Positions 40,305 through 49,466 of a stretch of 64,000 nucleotides of DNA are shown piece by piece. The translations under genes and the position numbers were made by a program. Position 1 is the first letter of the stretch. Each line of letters starts with the position of its first letter. The notes below the pieces were generated by a model that saw only the letters and a program-made list of their open reading frames with translations, made no database searches and was not told where the DNA came from. The DNA lies in contig JBDTEG010000013.1 in the NCBI GenBank assembly GCA_039922695.1, positions 6,233-70,232 on the forward strand, given 5' to 3'. This DNA is from Rhodanobacter sp. (GTDB lineage Bacteria > Pseudomonadota > Gammaproteobacteria > Xanthomonadales > Rhodanobacteraceae).

Positions 40305-41752
40305 GCGGTCGTCTCCGGTGCCGGTGGCAGCGGCAGGATGATGCGGATGGTGGTACCGGCGCCATCACGTGGCAAGGCCTCCACCGAGCCTCCGTGTGCG
40401 CCAATCATCCCGCGGCAGATGGACAGGCCCAGGCCGGTGCCCTTGTTGCCGCCGTCGCCTCGCGAGACCGAGTAGAACATGTCGAAGATGCGCGCGCGCT
40501 CGTCGGGTGGAATGCCCGGGCCGCGATCGATCACGTCGATCTGCAGCAGTGCGCCTCGCAAGCTCAGCTCGATTCGCACGGCCTCGCCGGGCGGCGAAAA
40601 ATGTGCGGCGTTTTCCAGCACGTTGAACAGCGCCTGTTCGATCAGCGCCGGGTGCACGTAGAGCAGCACGGTGTCGCGTGGCAGCGCCGTCTGCAGTACC
40701 AGCTCCGGGAAGAACCGGCGCAGACGATCGGTGGCGGCGACCACCACTTCGGTGGCGTCGACCCAGTCGCGGTGCAGCTGCAGCGTCCCGTGCCCGAGCC
40801 GGGTCATGTCGAGCAGGTTCTGGATGTAGCGGTCCAGACGTTGACCTTCGTGCAGGATCGCCTGTAGCAGTTCCTGCCGCTCATCGCGCGGCAGTTGCAT
40901 CTCGTACACGGCCAGGGTGTCTGCGGCACCGATCATCGAGGCCAGCGGCGAGCGCAGGTCGTGCGATACGGACGAGAGCAAGGCATTGCGCAGGCGTTCG
41001 GTTTCGCCCTGCACGCGAGCCTGCTCCAGTTCCTCGGCCAGCCGGGCCCGGTCCAGCGCGAGTGCGATATCCTGCCCCATGGCGTGCGCGAGTTCGCACT
41101 TGTCATGGTCGTGGACAGCCGCTGTATCGGGCGGAAACACGATCACGCCGTGCTGGTGCGTGCCGACAACCAGCGGAATGACCCACGCGCCGGATGGGTC
41201 CGCGCCATCACCATCGCGCGCGGCGGTTGCGGAGGCGCTCGGGCCTTCGTCCCGCACTTCCACCTGTGCATCCATGGCTTGTCGCAAGGTCAGCGTGGCG
41301 ACTTTGCGAATGCTCGCTGCTTCGGTGGCGGTAGCCAGTTGCTTGCCGAGCTGGAGCAAGGTGCGCGCGCGTATTTGCGCTGCCCGCAGCGAGGCCACCT
41401 GGCTGGAAAGCCGGGTGGCCATGCGACTGCAGACCAGGGCGACGACCAGGAACAGCCCGATCGCCAGCACATCGTCGACACTGTCGATGGCCAGCGTGTG
41501 CCGCGGTCGGGTGAAGAAGAAATTGTCGCCGAGGAAACACAGCACGGCCGTATAAACCGCCACGGTCATGCGCTTGCGCACAGCAACCGCCAGCACGGCG
41601 GTCAACAGGATCAGTGACAGGTTGGCAGCCGAGAAATAGTGGTCGGCGGCGAAAGCGACCGCGAAGGCCAGCAGCACCACGGCGGTGGCAAAAAGGTAAT
41701 CGCCCGCATGGGAGCGCAGGACTCGCGCAACGGTGGACGCCCGGTTACGCAT
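40301..41752 (-). CDS. kdpD: KdpD-like sensor kinase lacking the N-terminal KdpD/USP domains
   Basis: 4-TM DUF4118-like block (NFFFTRPRHTLAI), GAF-like segment, LLSSVSHDLRSPL, GTGLGLSIC; only about 483 aa. Confidence 0.75.
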   Translation of the reverse strand: MRNRASTVARVLRSHAGDYLFATAVVLLAFAVAFAADHYFSAANLSLILLTAVLAVAVRKRMTVAVYTAVLCFLGDNFFFTRPRHTLAIDSVDDVLAIGLFLVVALVCSRMATRLSSQVASLRAAQIRARTLLQLGKQLATATEAASIRKVATLTLRQAMDAQVEVRDEGPSASATAARDGDGADPSGAWVIPLVVGTHQHGVIVFPPDTAAVHDHDKCELAHAMGQDIALALDRARLAEELEQARVQGETERLRNALLSSVSHDLRSPLASMIGAADTLAVYEMQLPRDERQELLQAILHEGQRLDRYIQNLLDMTRLGHGTLQLHRDWVDATEVVVAATDRLRRFFPELVLQTALPRDTVLLYVHPALIEQALFNVLENAAHFSPPGEAVRIELSLRGALLQIDVIDRGPGIPPDERARIFDMFYSVSRGDGGNKGTGLGLSICRGMIGAHGGSVEALPRDGAGTTIRIILPLPPAPETTA

Positions 41753-41865
41753 GCATGGGCGCCTCCGGCGCTCCGTGCTTGCGGCAGTCGCCACGCTGCC
41801 GTACCCGCGTGCCGTCCGGGCGCCCTTTCAATCGAGGCCTGGTGCCTGGCATGGCTGGTCTGGTT

Positions 41866-43851
41866 TCATATCTCGACCTCCGATCCCAGTTCAATGCGCC
41901 GGTTGCCGGGAATCTGGAAGAAGGCGGTGGCGGAGAGCGCATTGTGCGCCATGAAGGCGAACAGGCGGTCACGCCACAATGCCATGCCATGCCGTTGCTT
42001 GCCGGCCACCACGGTCTCGCGCGAGAGAAAGAAGGTGGTGTCCATCATGTCGAACGGCAGCCCGTCGCGGCCGCACTTTGCCAACCGCGATGGTACATCG
42101 GGATCTTCGCCGAAGCCGAAGCGCAATCGCAACCGGATGAAACCCTCGCCCAGCGTCGACCACTCGCATTGCTCGCCCGGTTCGGCCAGCGGAGTATCAA
42201 GCGTCTCCACAGTCAGCAACACGTTGCGCTCATGCAGCACCTTGTTGTGCTTGAGGTTGTGCAGCAGGGAGCTCGGGATGGCATCCGCATTGGCGGTGAG
42301 GAAGACGGCAGTGCCGGCCACCCGCGTCAGGGGATAGTCAGCCAGGTTCAGGATGAACGGCGCCAGCGCCAGGCCACCTTGCTGGATCTCGCGCACGACC
42401 AGCTCGCGTCCACGTCGCCATGTGGTCATTGCCACGAACACGCACAGGCCCAGCGCCAGTGGAAACCAGCCGCCATGCGCCACCTTGACCAGGTTCGCGC
42501 TGAAGAAGCCCAGATCCACGCTGAGCAGGAAGGCACCGGTGGCAAGTACGGCCGGCAGACTCCAGTGCCACTGGAAGCGTGCCACCACCAGGGCCAGCAA
42601 GGTGGTGGTGACCATGGTGCCGGTGACCGCTATGCCATAGGCCGCGCCGAGGTTGTCCGACGAGCGGAAGCCCAGTACGGCCGCCACGATGAGGATCATC
42701 AGGATCCAGTTGATCCATGGCACGAAGATCTGCCCGGACATCTCGTGCGAGGTGTGCACGACGCGCATGCGCGGCATGTAGCCCAGCTGCATCGCCTCGC
42801 GGGTCATCGAGAATGCGCCGGAGATGACCGCTTGCGAGGCGATCACCGTGGCCGCGGTGGCCAGGGCGATCATCGGATACAGCATGAAGCGTGGCACCAG
42901 GTGATAGAACGGATTGGCCACGGCGGCGGGATCCTGCAGGACCTGCGCACCCTGGCCGAAGTAATTCAGCACCAGTGCCGGCAACACGAAGTTGAACCAT
43001 GCCAGCTGGATCGGACGCCGGCCGAAGTGTCCCATGTCCGCATACAGCGCCTCGGTGCCCGTGACGGCGAGCACCACCGCGCCCAGCGCGAAGAACGCCT
43101 CGGCATGGTTGTGCAGGAAGAAAGCCACGCCATAGGTGGGGCTGATCGCCAGCAGCACTGCGGGGTGTCGCGCGATGCCCAACACGCCCAGGCCGGCGAT
43201 GGTGATGAACCAGACCGCGCAAACCGGGCCGAACAAGGCACCGATCTGGCTGGTTCCGCGCTTCTGCAGCCAGCAGAGCGCGACGATCACGCTGATCGTG
43301 ATCGGCACCACCCACCGTTGCAGATCGGGTGCCGCCACCTGCAGGCCCTCGACTGCCGACAGGACCGAGATTGCCGGCGTGATCACGCCGTCGCCGTAGA
43401 ACAGTGCCGCGCCGAACAGACCGAGCACGATGATGGTCAGGCGCAGCCGCGGTATGTGACGGGCGCTGCGCTGGGCCAACGCCAGCAGCGCCATGATGCC
43501 GCCCTCGCCCTTGTTGTCGGCGCGCATGATGAAGAGCAGGTACTTGATCGACACCACGATGATCAGCGACCAGAAGATCAGGCTCAGCGCGCCGAGCACG
43601 TTTACCGGCGTCGCCGCCATGCCGTGGTCGCCGAACACCTCCTTGAGCGTATACAGCGGGCTGGTGCCGATATCGCCGTAAACCACGCCCACGGCGCCAA
43701 GGGCAAGGGTGGCCAGCCGCCGCGATGGCAGCTTCGTGGTCACCTCGGTCCGCGGAACGTCAGCATCGATTGTTCGGCCGCCGACGGGGGAACGAGGTGG
43801 GTCGCCGGCGCTGGCGCGCGGATACTGACTGCCAAAAAACATCGCCGACAC
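41866..43851 (-). CDS. kup: KUP/HAK/KT potassium transporter
   Basis: GVVYGDIGTSPLY, DNKGEGG, GTEALYADMGHFG, AYGIAVTG; true start may be the GTG at 43743. Confidence 0.96.
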   Translation of the reverse strand: MSAMFFGSQYPRASAGDPPRSPVGGRTIDADVPRTEVTTKLPSRRLATLALGAVGVVYGDIGTSPLYTLKEVFGDHGMAATPVNVLGALSLIFWSLIIVVSIKYLLFIMRADNKGEGGIMALLALAQRSARHIPRLRLTIIVLGLFGAALFYGDGVITPAISVLSAVEGLQVAAPDLQRWVVPITISVIVALCWLQKRGTSQIGALFGPVCAVWFITIAGLGVLGIARHPAVLLAISPTYGVAFFLHNHAEAFFALGAVVLAVTGTEALYADMGHFGRRPIQLAWFNFVLPALVLNYFGQGAQVLQDPAAVANPFYHLVPRFMLYPMIALATAATVIASQAVISGAFSMTREAMQLGYMPRMRVVHTSHEMSGQIFVPWINWILMILIVAAVLGFRSSDNLGAAYGIAVTGTMVTTTLLALVVARFQWHWSLPAVLATGAFLLSVDLGFFSANLVKVAHGGWFPLALGLCVFVAMTTWRRGRELVVREIQQGGLALAPFILNLADYPLTRVAGTAVFLTANADAIPSSLLHNLKHNKVLHERNVLLTVETLDTPLAEPGEQCEWSTLGEGFIRLRLRFGFGEDPDVPSRLAKCGRDGLPFDMMDTTFFLSRETVVAGKQRHGMALWRDRLFAFMAHNALSATAFFQIPGNRRIELGSEVEI

Positions 43852-43918
43852 CTGGAATGAATCAGACGTGCATTCTGGGTATCAAGTCGTAATGGCGGCA
43901 TAGCCGCGCCGGTCTGCA

Positions 43919-43938
43919 GCATAAAATTAACGTAAAAA
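43919..43938 (-). promoter_or_regulatory. putative KdpE binding site upstream of kup
   Basis: Minus strand TTTTTACGTTAATTTTATGC: TTTAC/TTTAT direct repeat with 11-bp period, as in the E. coli kdpFABC KdpE site; AT-rich island in GC-rich DNA. Confidence 0.65.
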
Positions 43939-44064
43939 TTGTCCTCGACACCGGCCAGACGGATCGCCGATTGATGGAAAGGTCAGGGGAGCCTTTCGGC
44001 TTCCATTCACAGTTTCCCGCACCGGACGCCGCGCTTGCCGTCATCCCGTGGCTTCGCCATGGAC

Positions 44065-44093
44065 AAAAAAGCCCGGGACACGAATCCCGGGCC
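44065..44093 (-). terminator. intrinsic terminator of the EF-G gene
   Basis: GCCCGGGA-TTCGTG-TCCCGGGC stem-loop followed by T6 on the minus strand, 56 nt after the stop. Confidence 0.85.
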
Positions 44094-44148
44094 TTTCCAT
44101 CGGCGCCGACTGCAGACAGTCCGCGTCAATGAGGAGGCAGGGCAGGGC

Positions 44149-46278
44149 CTACTTCGACTCCTTCTCCATCAGCTTCTCGACCATGCTGGCCGGCACTTCC
44201 TCGTAGTGATCGAAGATCATCGAATAGTTGCCGCGCCCGCTGGTGGCCGAGCGCAGGAAGTTGATGTAGCCGAACATTTCGGACAGCGGGACGAAGCCTT
44301 GCACGAAGGCCGAGATGCCTTTCTGGCCCTGGTCGGTGATCTGCCCACGACGACGGTTGATGTCGCCGATGATGTCGCCGAGATAGGTCGCCTCGGTGAC
44401 CACTTCCAGCGCCATGATCGGCTCCAGCAGCTTCGGCCTGGACAGCCTCTGCGCTTCGCGGAAGCACGCGCGGCCCGCGATTTCGAAGGCCAGTGCCGAG
44501 GAGTCGACGTCGTGGTACTTGCCATCGATCAGGCGCGCCTTGAAGTCGAGTACTTCGTAGCCGGCGACCTGACCCTGGCGCGACTCCACCGTGACGGCAT
44601 GTTCGACCGACGGGATGTACTCGCGTGGCACGCGGCCACCCACCACTTCGTCGGAAAACACCACGCCGGAGCCCGGTTCGCCTGGCTCGAAGATCATCTT
44701 CACTTCGGCGAACTGGCCCGAGCCGCCGGACTGCTTCTTGTGCGTGTAGGTGTGCTCGACGGTCTGGCCGAACGCTTCGCGGAAGCTGACCTTGGGCTTG
44801 CCCATGTTCGCTTCCACGCCCAGTTCGCTGCGCATGCGGTCGATGGTGATTTCCAGATGCAGTTCGCCCATGCCCTTGAGCACGGTCTGCCCAGTCTCCT
44901 GGTCCACTTCCATGCGCAGAGACGGGTCGGCCTTGACCATCTTGTAGAGCGCGGTGGACAGCTTGTCGACGTCGTTGCGGCTCTTCGGCTCGACCGACAC
45001 GCTGATGACGGGGTCCGGAAAGCGCATGCGCTCGAGCAGGGCCGGATGGTTCGGGTCGGACAGGGAATCGCCGGTCTCCGTATCCTTCATCGACACGAAG
45101 GCGCAGATGTCGCCGGCGCGCACTTCGTCGATCTCGCGGGTGTGGTCGGCCTGCACCTCGACGATGCGGCCCACGCGCTCCTTCTTGCCGCGGGTGACGT
45201 TCTGCAGGGTGTCGCCCTTCTTGATCACGCCCGAATAAATGCGGCAGAAGGTCAGCGTGCCGAACTGGTCGTTGATCACCTTGAACGCCAGCGCGCGTGC
45301 CGGTGCATCGTCGGTGACTTCCTGCTCGCCGATGATGTTGCCGTCCTCGTCGACCATCGAGATACCACCGTTCTCGCCGGGGTAGGGCATGTAATCCACG
45401 ACGGCATCAAGCAACTGCTGCACGCCCTTGTTCTTGTACGACGAGCCGCAGAACACGGGCACCAGCTTGCCGCTGACGCAGCCCTTGCGGATGCATTTCT
45501 TCAACATGTCCGGATCATGCTCGCCGGTCTCGATGAGGCGCCCGAACGCGTCGTCGTCCATCGCCAGCGCGGTCTCCAGCATTTCCTCACGCAGCGTGGG
45601 CAGTTGCGCGAGCCATTCGTTGTCGGCAACGGACGCAAATTTCAGCCGGTCCTTGGCCTCCTCGAAGGACACGGTTTCCCACTTGCTGTCCTTGTCGTCG
45701 GACTGCCAGATGTAGGCCACGTTCGCGACCAGGTCGGCCATGCCGCAAAATTCGTCGCTGCTCCCCAACGGAATCTGGCACAGCAGGGCCGGCGCATTGA
45801 GGCGCTCGCGTATGCCCTTCACGCAGTGGCCGAAATTGGCGCCAATGCGGTCCATCTTGTTGATGTAGCACATGCGTGGCACGTGATACTGGTCGGCCAG
45901 GCGCCAGTTGGTCTCGGTCTGCGGCTCCACTCCGGCGACGCCGTCGAACACCACCACGGCGCCGTCAAGCACGCGCAGCGACCGATTCACCTCGATGGTG
46001 AAGTCGACGTGTCCCGGCGTGTCGATCACGTTGATCTGGTGTCCCTTCCACTCGGTCGACACCGCAGCAGACTGGATCGTGATGCCGCGCTTGCGCTCCT
46101 GCTCCATGTAGTCGGTGGTCGTGGAGCCCTTGCCTTCCTTGGTGTCGTGCACGTCGACAATCTGGTGTTTGCGGCCGGTGTAATACAGTACGCGCTCGGT
46201 GGTGGTCGTCTTGCCGGCATCAATGTGCGCGATGATGCCGACGTTGCGGTAGAGCTTCAGGGGTTTCTGGCGGGCCAC
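44149..46278 (-). CDS. fusA: elongation factor G paralog (not in the str operon)
   Basis: AHIDAGKTT, RGITI, DTPGHVDF, NKMD, GMGELHLEI, GGSGQFA, YHDVDSS; GTG start; no rpsL/rpsG/tuf neighbours. Confidence 0.93.
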   Translation of the reverse strand: MARQKPLKLYRNVGIIAHIDAGKTTTTERVLYYTGRKHQIVDVHDTKEGKGSTTTDYMEQERKRGITIQSAAVSTEWKGHQINVIDTPGHVDFTIEVNRSLRVLDGAVVVFDGVAGVEPQTETNWRLADQYHVPRMCYINKMDRIGANFGHCVKGIRERLNAPALLCQIPLGSSDEFCGMADLVANVAYIWQSDDKDSKWETVSFEEAKDRLKFASVADNEWLAQLPTLREEMLETALAMDDDAFGRLIETGEHDPDMLKKCIRKGCVSGKLVPVFCGSSYKNKGVQQLLDAVVDYMPYPGENGGISMVDEDGNIIGEQEVTDDAPARALAFKVINDQFGTLTFCRIYSGVIKKGDTLQNVTRGKKERVGRIVEVQADHTREIDEVRAGDICAFVSMKDTETGDSLSDPNHPALLERMRFPDPVISVSVEPKSRNDVDKLSTALYKMVKADPSLRMEVDQETGQTVLKGMGELHLEITIDRMRSELGVEANMGKPKVSFREAFGQTVEHTYTHKKQSGGSGQFAEVKMIFEPGEPGSGVVFSDEVVGGRVPREYIPSVEHAVTVESRQGQVAGYEVLDFKARLIDGKYHDVDSSALAFEIAGRACFREAQRLSRPKLLEPIMALEVVTEATYLGDIIGDINRRRGQITDQGQKGISAFVQGFVPLSEMFGYINFLRSATSGRGNYSMIFDHYEEVPASMVEKLMEKESK

Positions 46279-46400
46279 GATTCAACTCCGTTCGATGGAT
46301 GGTCCGGCGCCACCGCGCCGAGCCGCAAGCCCATCATTGTAGCGGGCGCGACCGTGAAGGCCACTCATGGCGCAGCCTGTGGCCCGTTGCCATTCGGCAC

Positions 46401-46844
46401 CTAGGCCCTGATGCCGTAGTTGCCGTCATTTCTCGCCGGTTCGCCAAGCTGGCTCAGCAGGATGGCGGTGCGCACCGTGAAGTCGTGCCAGCTCGGCAGT
46501 GACGCGAGTTCCAGCCAGTCGGTCCATTCCGGCAGCAGGGAGCGATCGGCGCGCCGTGCGGCGGCCTTGCGGCCGGCCGCGATGGCCTCGCGGATTTCCG
46601 GCATGCAGTTGAGTAAGGGGCGCAGAGCTTCCTTCTCACCGTCGGCAAGCCGGCTTGCTGGCGATTCGACCAGCCAGCGGCAGGATGATTCCATTTCCCA
46701 CTGGTACTCGATGGCGAGAAACCAGGTGAAAACATCCCCCTCTGCTTCGCCGGCTGCGATCGCCCGCGCGTGCTCAAGAAAGTTGCGCACGGCAGCACCG
46801 TGTTGATCGGATACCGAAGCCGAGCCCCCCGTCATTGCCAGCAT
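46401..46844 (-). CDS. hypothetical protein (about 147 aa, helical)
   Basis: ORF from MLAMTGG; no family recognised. Confidence 0.45.
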   Translation of the reverse strand: MLAMTGGSASVSDQHGAAVRNFLEHARAIAAGEAEGDVFTWFLAIEYQWEMESSCRWLVESPASRLADGEKEALRPLLNCMPEIREAIAAGRKAAARRADRSLLPEWTDWLELASLPSWHDFTVRTAILLSQLGEPARNDGNYGIRA

Positions 46845-47097
46845 GTTCCTGTCCTCGCCTGAAAGTATCGAACGGCCGGATACGCAACCTCGAACCGGCT
46901 GCGGCCATCCGCTTTGCGAAGACTCATGCATAGGCAGTGCCAAAGCTGGGCTCAGGATGGGTGCGCGCCGCGCGGGCGCCGCGCGCGCCAGCGAGCGCGG
47001 CAAATGCGGGCAGAGGTGACGGTTGGACGTGCCAGCGGGCCGCGCGAGCCAGCGGCCGCCAGCGACGTCCTGCGTCAGGTTCTGACCGAGGTCGGAT

Positions 47098-47787
47098 TCA
47101 CCCCGACGTGGCGTTGTCGAGCAGATCCTCGTAGAACGCACCGAACGGCTCGTCCGGGTGGGCAATCTGGATTTCCAGGATCCACAGGCCGCTGGCCGGG
47201 GTCTTCTCCAGATCGCCGAGATCCCCGCCGTGGTGGATCGCATGCGGGAAATCACTGATCCGGTGACCCTTGATCGCGTGATTCAGCCGCCAGCCCATCG
47301 CTTGCGCCCGCTCCTGCGCAAATGCATACAGCGCGCGTCCACTCAAACCTTCGCTGCGCCAGGTCGCGGCGACCTGCCGGAACAGGTCGCGTGCAGCCTC
47401 GGCACAGGCTTGCCGCTGCGGCGCGTGGCCCTGCACGAAAGTGTCGCCCACATCGCCCTCGTGCGCATCGAACACCAGGCCGAGGTCGATGAAATAGCTG
47501 TCGTTCTCAGCCAGCCGCACGCTGGGGTCCGAGCGCTGGCGAAAGGTCTTGGTGGTGTTCGGGCCGATCCGGATGAGCGGCTGGTGCCACAGTCGCTGGC
47601 AACCAAGTTCGTCGAATACCTCGGCGGCGACGAGCTTGGCCTCGGCCTCGCTGATGCCTGGATGCATCCGGGCGCGGATGCCGTGCAGCGCTGCCCAGCT
47701 GCGCTCGCGCGCCTGCTGCATCACGACGGGATCGAAGTGGGGACCGACCGCCTCGCGGGGGGAGTTTGCTCCGCTGGCGGTGGTCAC
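47098..47787 (-). CDS. M24 family metallopeptidase, catalytic domain only
   Basis: Metal ligands D (FIDLG), D (EGDVG), H (KGHRI), E (ILEIQ), E (FYEDL); GTG start overlaps the upstream TGA. Confidence 0.8.
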   Translation of the reverse strand: MTTASGANSPREAVGPHFDPVVMQQARERSWAALHGIRARMHPGISEAEAKLVAAEVFDELGCQRLWHQPLIRIGPNTTKTFRQRSDPSVRLAENDSYFIDLGLVFDAHEGDVGDTFVQGHAPQRQACAEAARDLFRQVAATWRSEGLSGRALYAFAQERAQAMGWRLNHAIKGHRISDFPHAIHHGGDLGDLEKTPASGLWILEIQIAHPDEPFGAFYEDLLDNATSG

Positions 47788-48143
47788 GCCGCCACCAGCA
47801 CCAACAGCAACGCGATGGCGGCCGGTAGCGCCTGGAACCACAGGATCCTGCGCGCCGCGGTAAGCCCGCCAAAGACACCCGCCACCAACACGCAAGCGAG
47901 GAAAAACACCTTGATTTCGACGCCGCCGTCGCCCAGCCACAGCCCCCACGCCAGCCCTGCGGCGAGAAAGCCGTTGTAAAGCCCCTGGTTGGCAGCCAGC
48001 ACGCTGGTCTGCTCGGCGAATTCCCGCGTGAGGCCAAACGCTTTTCGACCGGACGGCCGGGTCCACAGGAACATTTCCAGGATCAGGAACCAGACGTGCA
48101 TCAGCGCGATCAGGGCGATCAGGACATTGGCGGCGATGGACAT
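47784..48143 (-). CDS. DUF1304 membrane protein
   Basis: HVWFLILEMFLW, ANQGLYNGFLAAGL. Confidence 0.85.
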   Translation of the reverse strand: MSIAANVLIALIALMHVWFLILEMFLWTRPSGRKAFGLTREFAEQTSVLAANQGLYNGFLAAGLAWGLWLGDGGVEIKVFFLACVLVAGVFGGLTAARRILWFQALPAAIALLLVLVAA

Positions 48144-48217
48144 GGGTTCCCCGGTCTGGCTCGATGTCCCAGTGTTGCAGCCCGGGCCTCGGGCGGCAAC
48201 GCCGCGCTGTGACTCGA

Positions 48218-48958
48218 TCACTCCACGGATGGCTCGATCGCCTTGAGCGTCACCACCAGCACGTCGCGGTGCGCAGGCTGGCCCGGGTCGATCGGCGTTA
48301 CCGGCGTTACCCCATGGCGCACGCGGGCGTCGTCGACCAGCGCGGCGTCGAATGGGTGGGCCAGGGTGAAGCTGCCCAGCAGGCAGCCGTCGTTGGCGTG
48401 GATGGTGGTTGTGCCGCTCTCGATGTTGAGACGATCGATCAGCAGTACCAGCACGTAGTCCACGCCATCGCGATGTACGCCCTCGGGGGTGGGTTCGCCC
48501 GGTTCGTCGGCGCGAGCCTCGATCCGGAACTGGTGGGCCTCGACATGCCAGCGCCGCGGGCCGCCGGCCTTCATCGGCGTGAACAGCGCATGCGCGAAAC
48601 GCAGGATCGCTTGCAGGCTGGCACCCTTGGCAATCGCCGGGCGGATCGGCAGAAACCAGCGCTGGGTGCCGCCCTGCAACGGATTGTAGAGCGCACTCTG
48701 CCAGTGTGGCTGGTGCTGCTCGCGCTGCACGGTGCCATCGGGCTCGATCGTGAATGTGGCGTGGCGCCGGCGCCGATGTCGGCCCAGCTCGGCCAGGTAG
48801 GTGTCGGGGGCCAGGTCATTCCAGCTGGCGCTGAACACATCCCAGTCGGGCATGTCCTGCCTGCGCAGAAGCTGGCGCACGGTGTCGGCAGTGACGAAGG
48901 CAAAACCGTCGCGATGCACGGGAGCCTGCAAGGCGGCGAGGGCGGAGCGCGTGGTCAT
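48218..48958 (-). CDS. 2-oxoglutarate/Fe(II) dioxygenase family protein
   Basis: RRRRHA, EAHQFRI, PTPEGVHRDG (HxD), RHGVTP (distal His), RDVLVVT. Confidence 0.82.
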   Translation of the reverse strand: MTTRSALAALQAPVHRDGFAFVTADTVRQLLRRQDMPDWDVFSASWNDLAPDTYLAELGRHRRRRHATFTIEPDGTVQREQHQPHWQSALYNPLQGGTQRWFLPIRPAIAKGASLQAILRFAHALFTPMKAGGPRRWHVEAHQFRIEARADEPGEPTPEGVHRDGVDYVLVLLIDRLNIESGTTTIHANDGCLLGSFTLAHPFDAALVDDARVRHGVTPVTPIDPGQPAHRDVLVVTLKAIEPSVE

Positions 48959-49204
48959 GGGCGCCACGTTAGCAGGATCGCCCGTAGCGGCCAATCTGTT
49001 CGTGGGCGCGTCGACGTCCGACGCTATCTCGCCCTGTCGCCAGGGTCTGGCAACCGGATCAACGCTTATCGGGTGTGTACTCACGGGGAATAACCGGGGC
49101 GGCCCTGGCTGTTTCCGGCTTGGGGCGGAGATGCTCCTCGCAGGCCAGGCTGGCGGGCCCGGATACGTGCGCTGGATCACGTCGAACCACTTTCATGGGT
49201 ATCC

Positions 49205-49228
49205 GGACGTTTAGATGTTTAGACGTCT
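49205..49228. promoter_or_regulatory. three tandem MetJ-type Met boxes
   Basis: GGACGTTT-AGATGTTT-AGACGTCT in exact 8-bp register (consensus AGACGTCT), abutting TTGACA at 49230. Confidence 0.75.
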
Positions 49229-49229
49229 A

Positions 49230-49258
49230 TTGACAACGTTTGTTAGAACAATCACTAT
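49230..49258 (+). promoter_or_regulatory. sigma-70 promoter of the met operon
   Basis: Perfect TTGACA (-35), 17 nt spacer, CACTAT (-10-like), immediately before the riboswitch. Confidence 0.6.
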
Positions 49259-49264
49259 CTATCC

Positions 49265-49381
49265 CACTCATCGAGACCGGCTGAGGGACAGGCCCTTCGA
49301 AGCCGGGGCAACCTGCGGAACGTTTCCGTCACGGTGCCAACTCCTGCGGAGGTGCCTGGTGCACCTGCCGGTAGATGGGCG
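49265..49381 (+). ncRNA. SAM-I (S-box) riboswitch
   Basis: CTCATC-GAG...GGCTGAGGGACAGGCCC..GAAGCC.GGGCAACC...GGTGCCAACTCCTGC...GATGGG; P1 ends pair. Confidence 0.9.
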
Positions 49382-49466
49382 TCATCGGTCCGCAGCAGCC
49401 AGCTGCCGGTGCCATGGCGACCTTTCCGGCACCCGCGGGGCGATGCCAGCCGGAGAGGATTTCCCG

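Noticed and set aside
43975-44030. Hairpin upstream of kup as a c-di-AMP or c-di-GMP riboswitch
   Set aside because: Only a small AGCC-TTTC-GGCT stem; the conserved ydaO and GEMM core motifs are absent.
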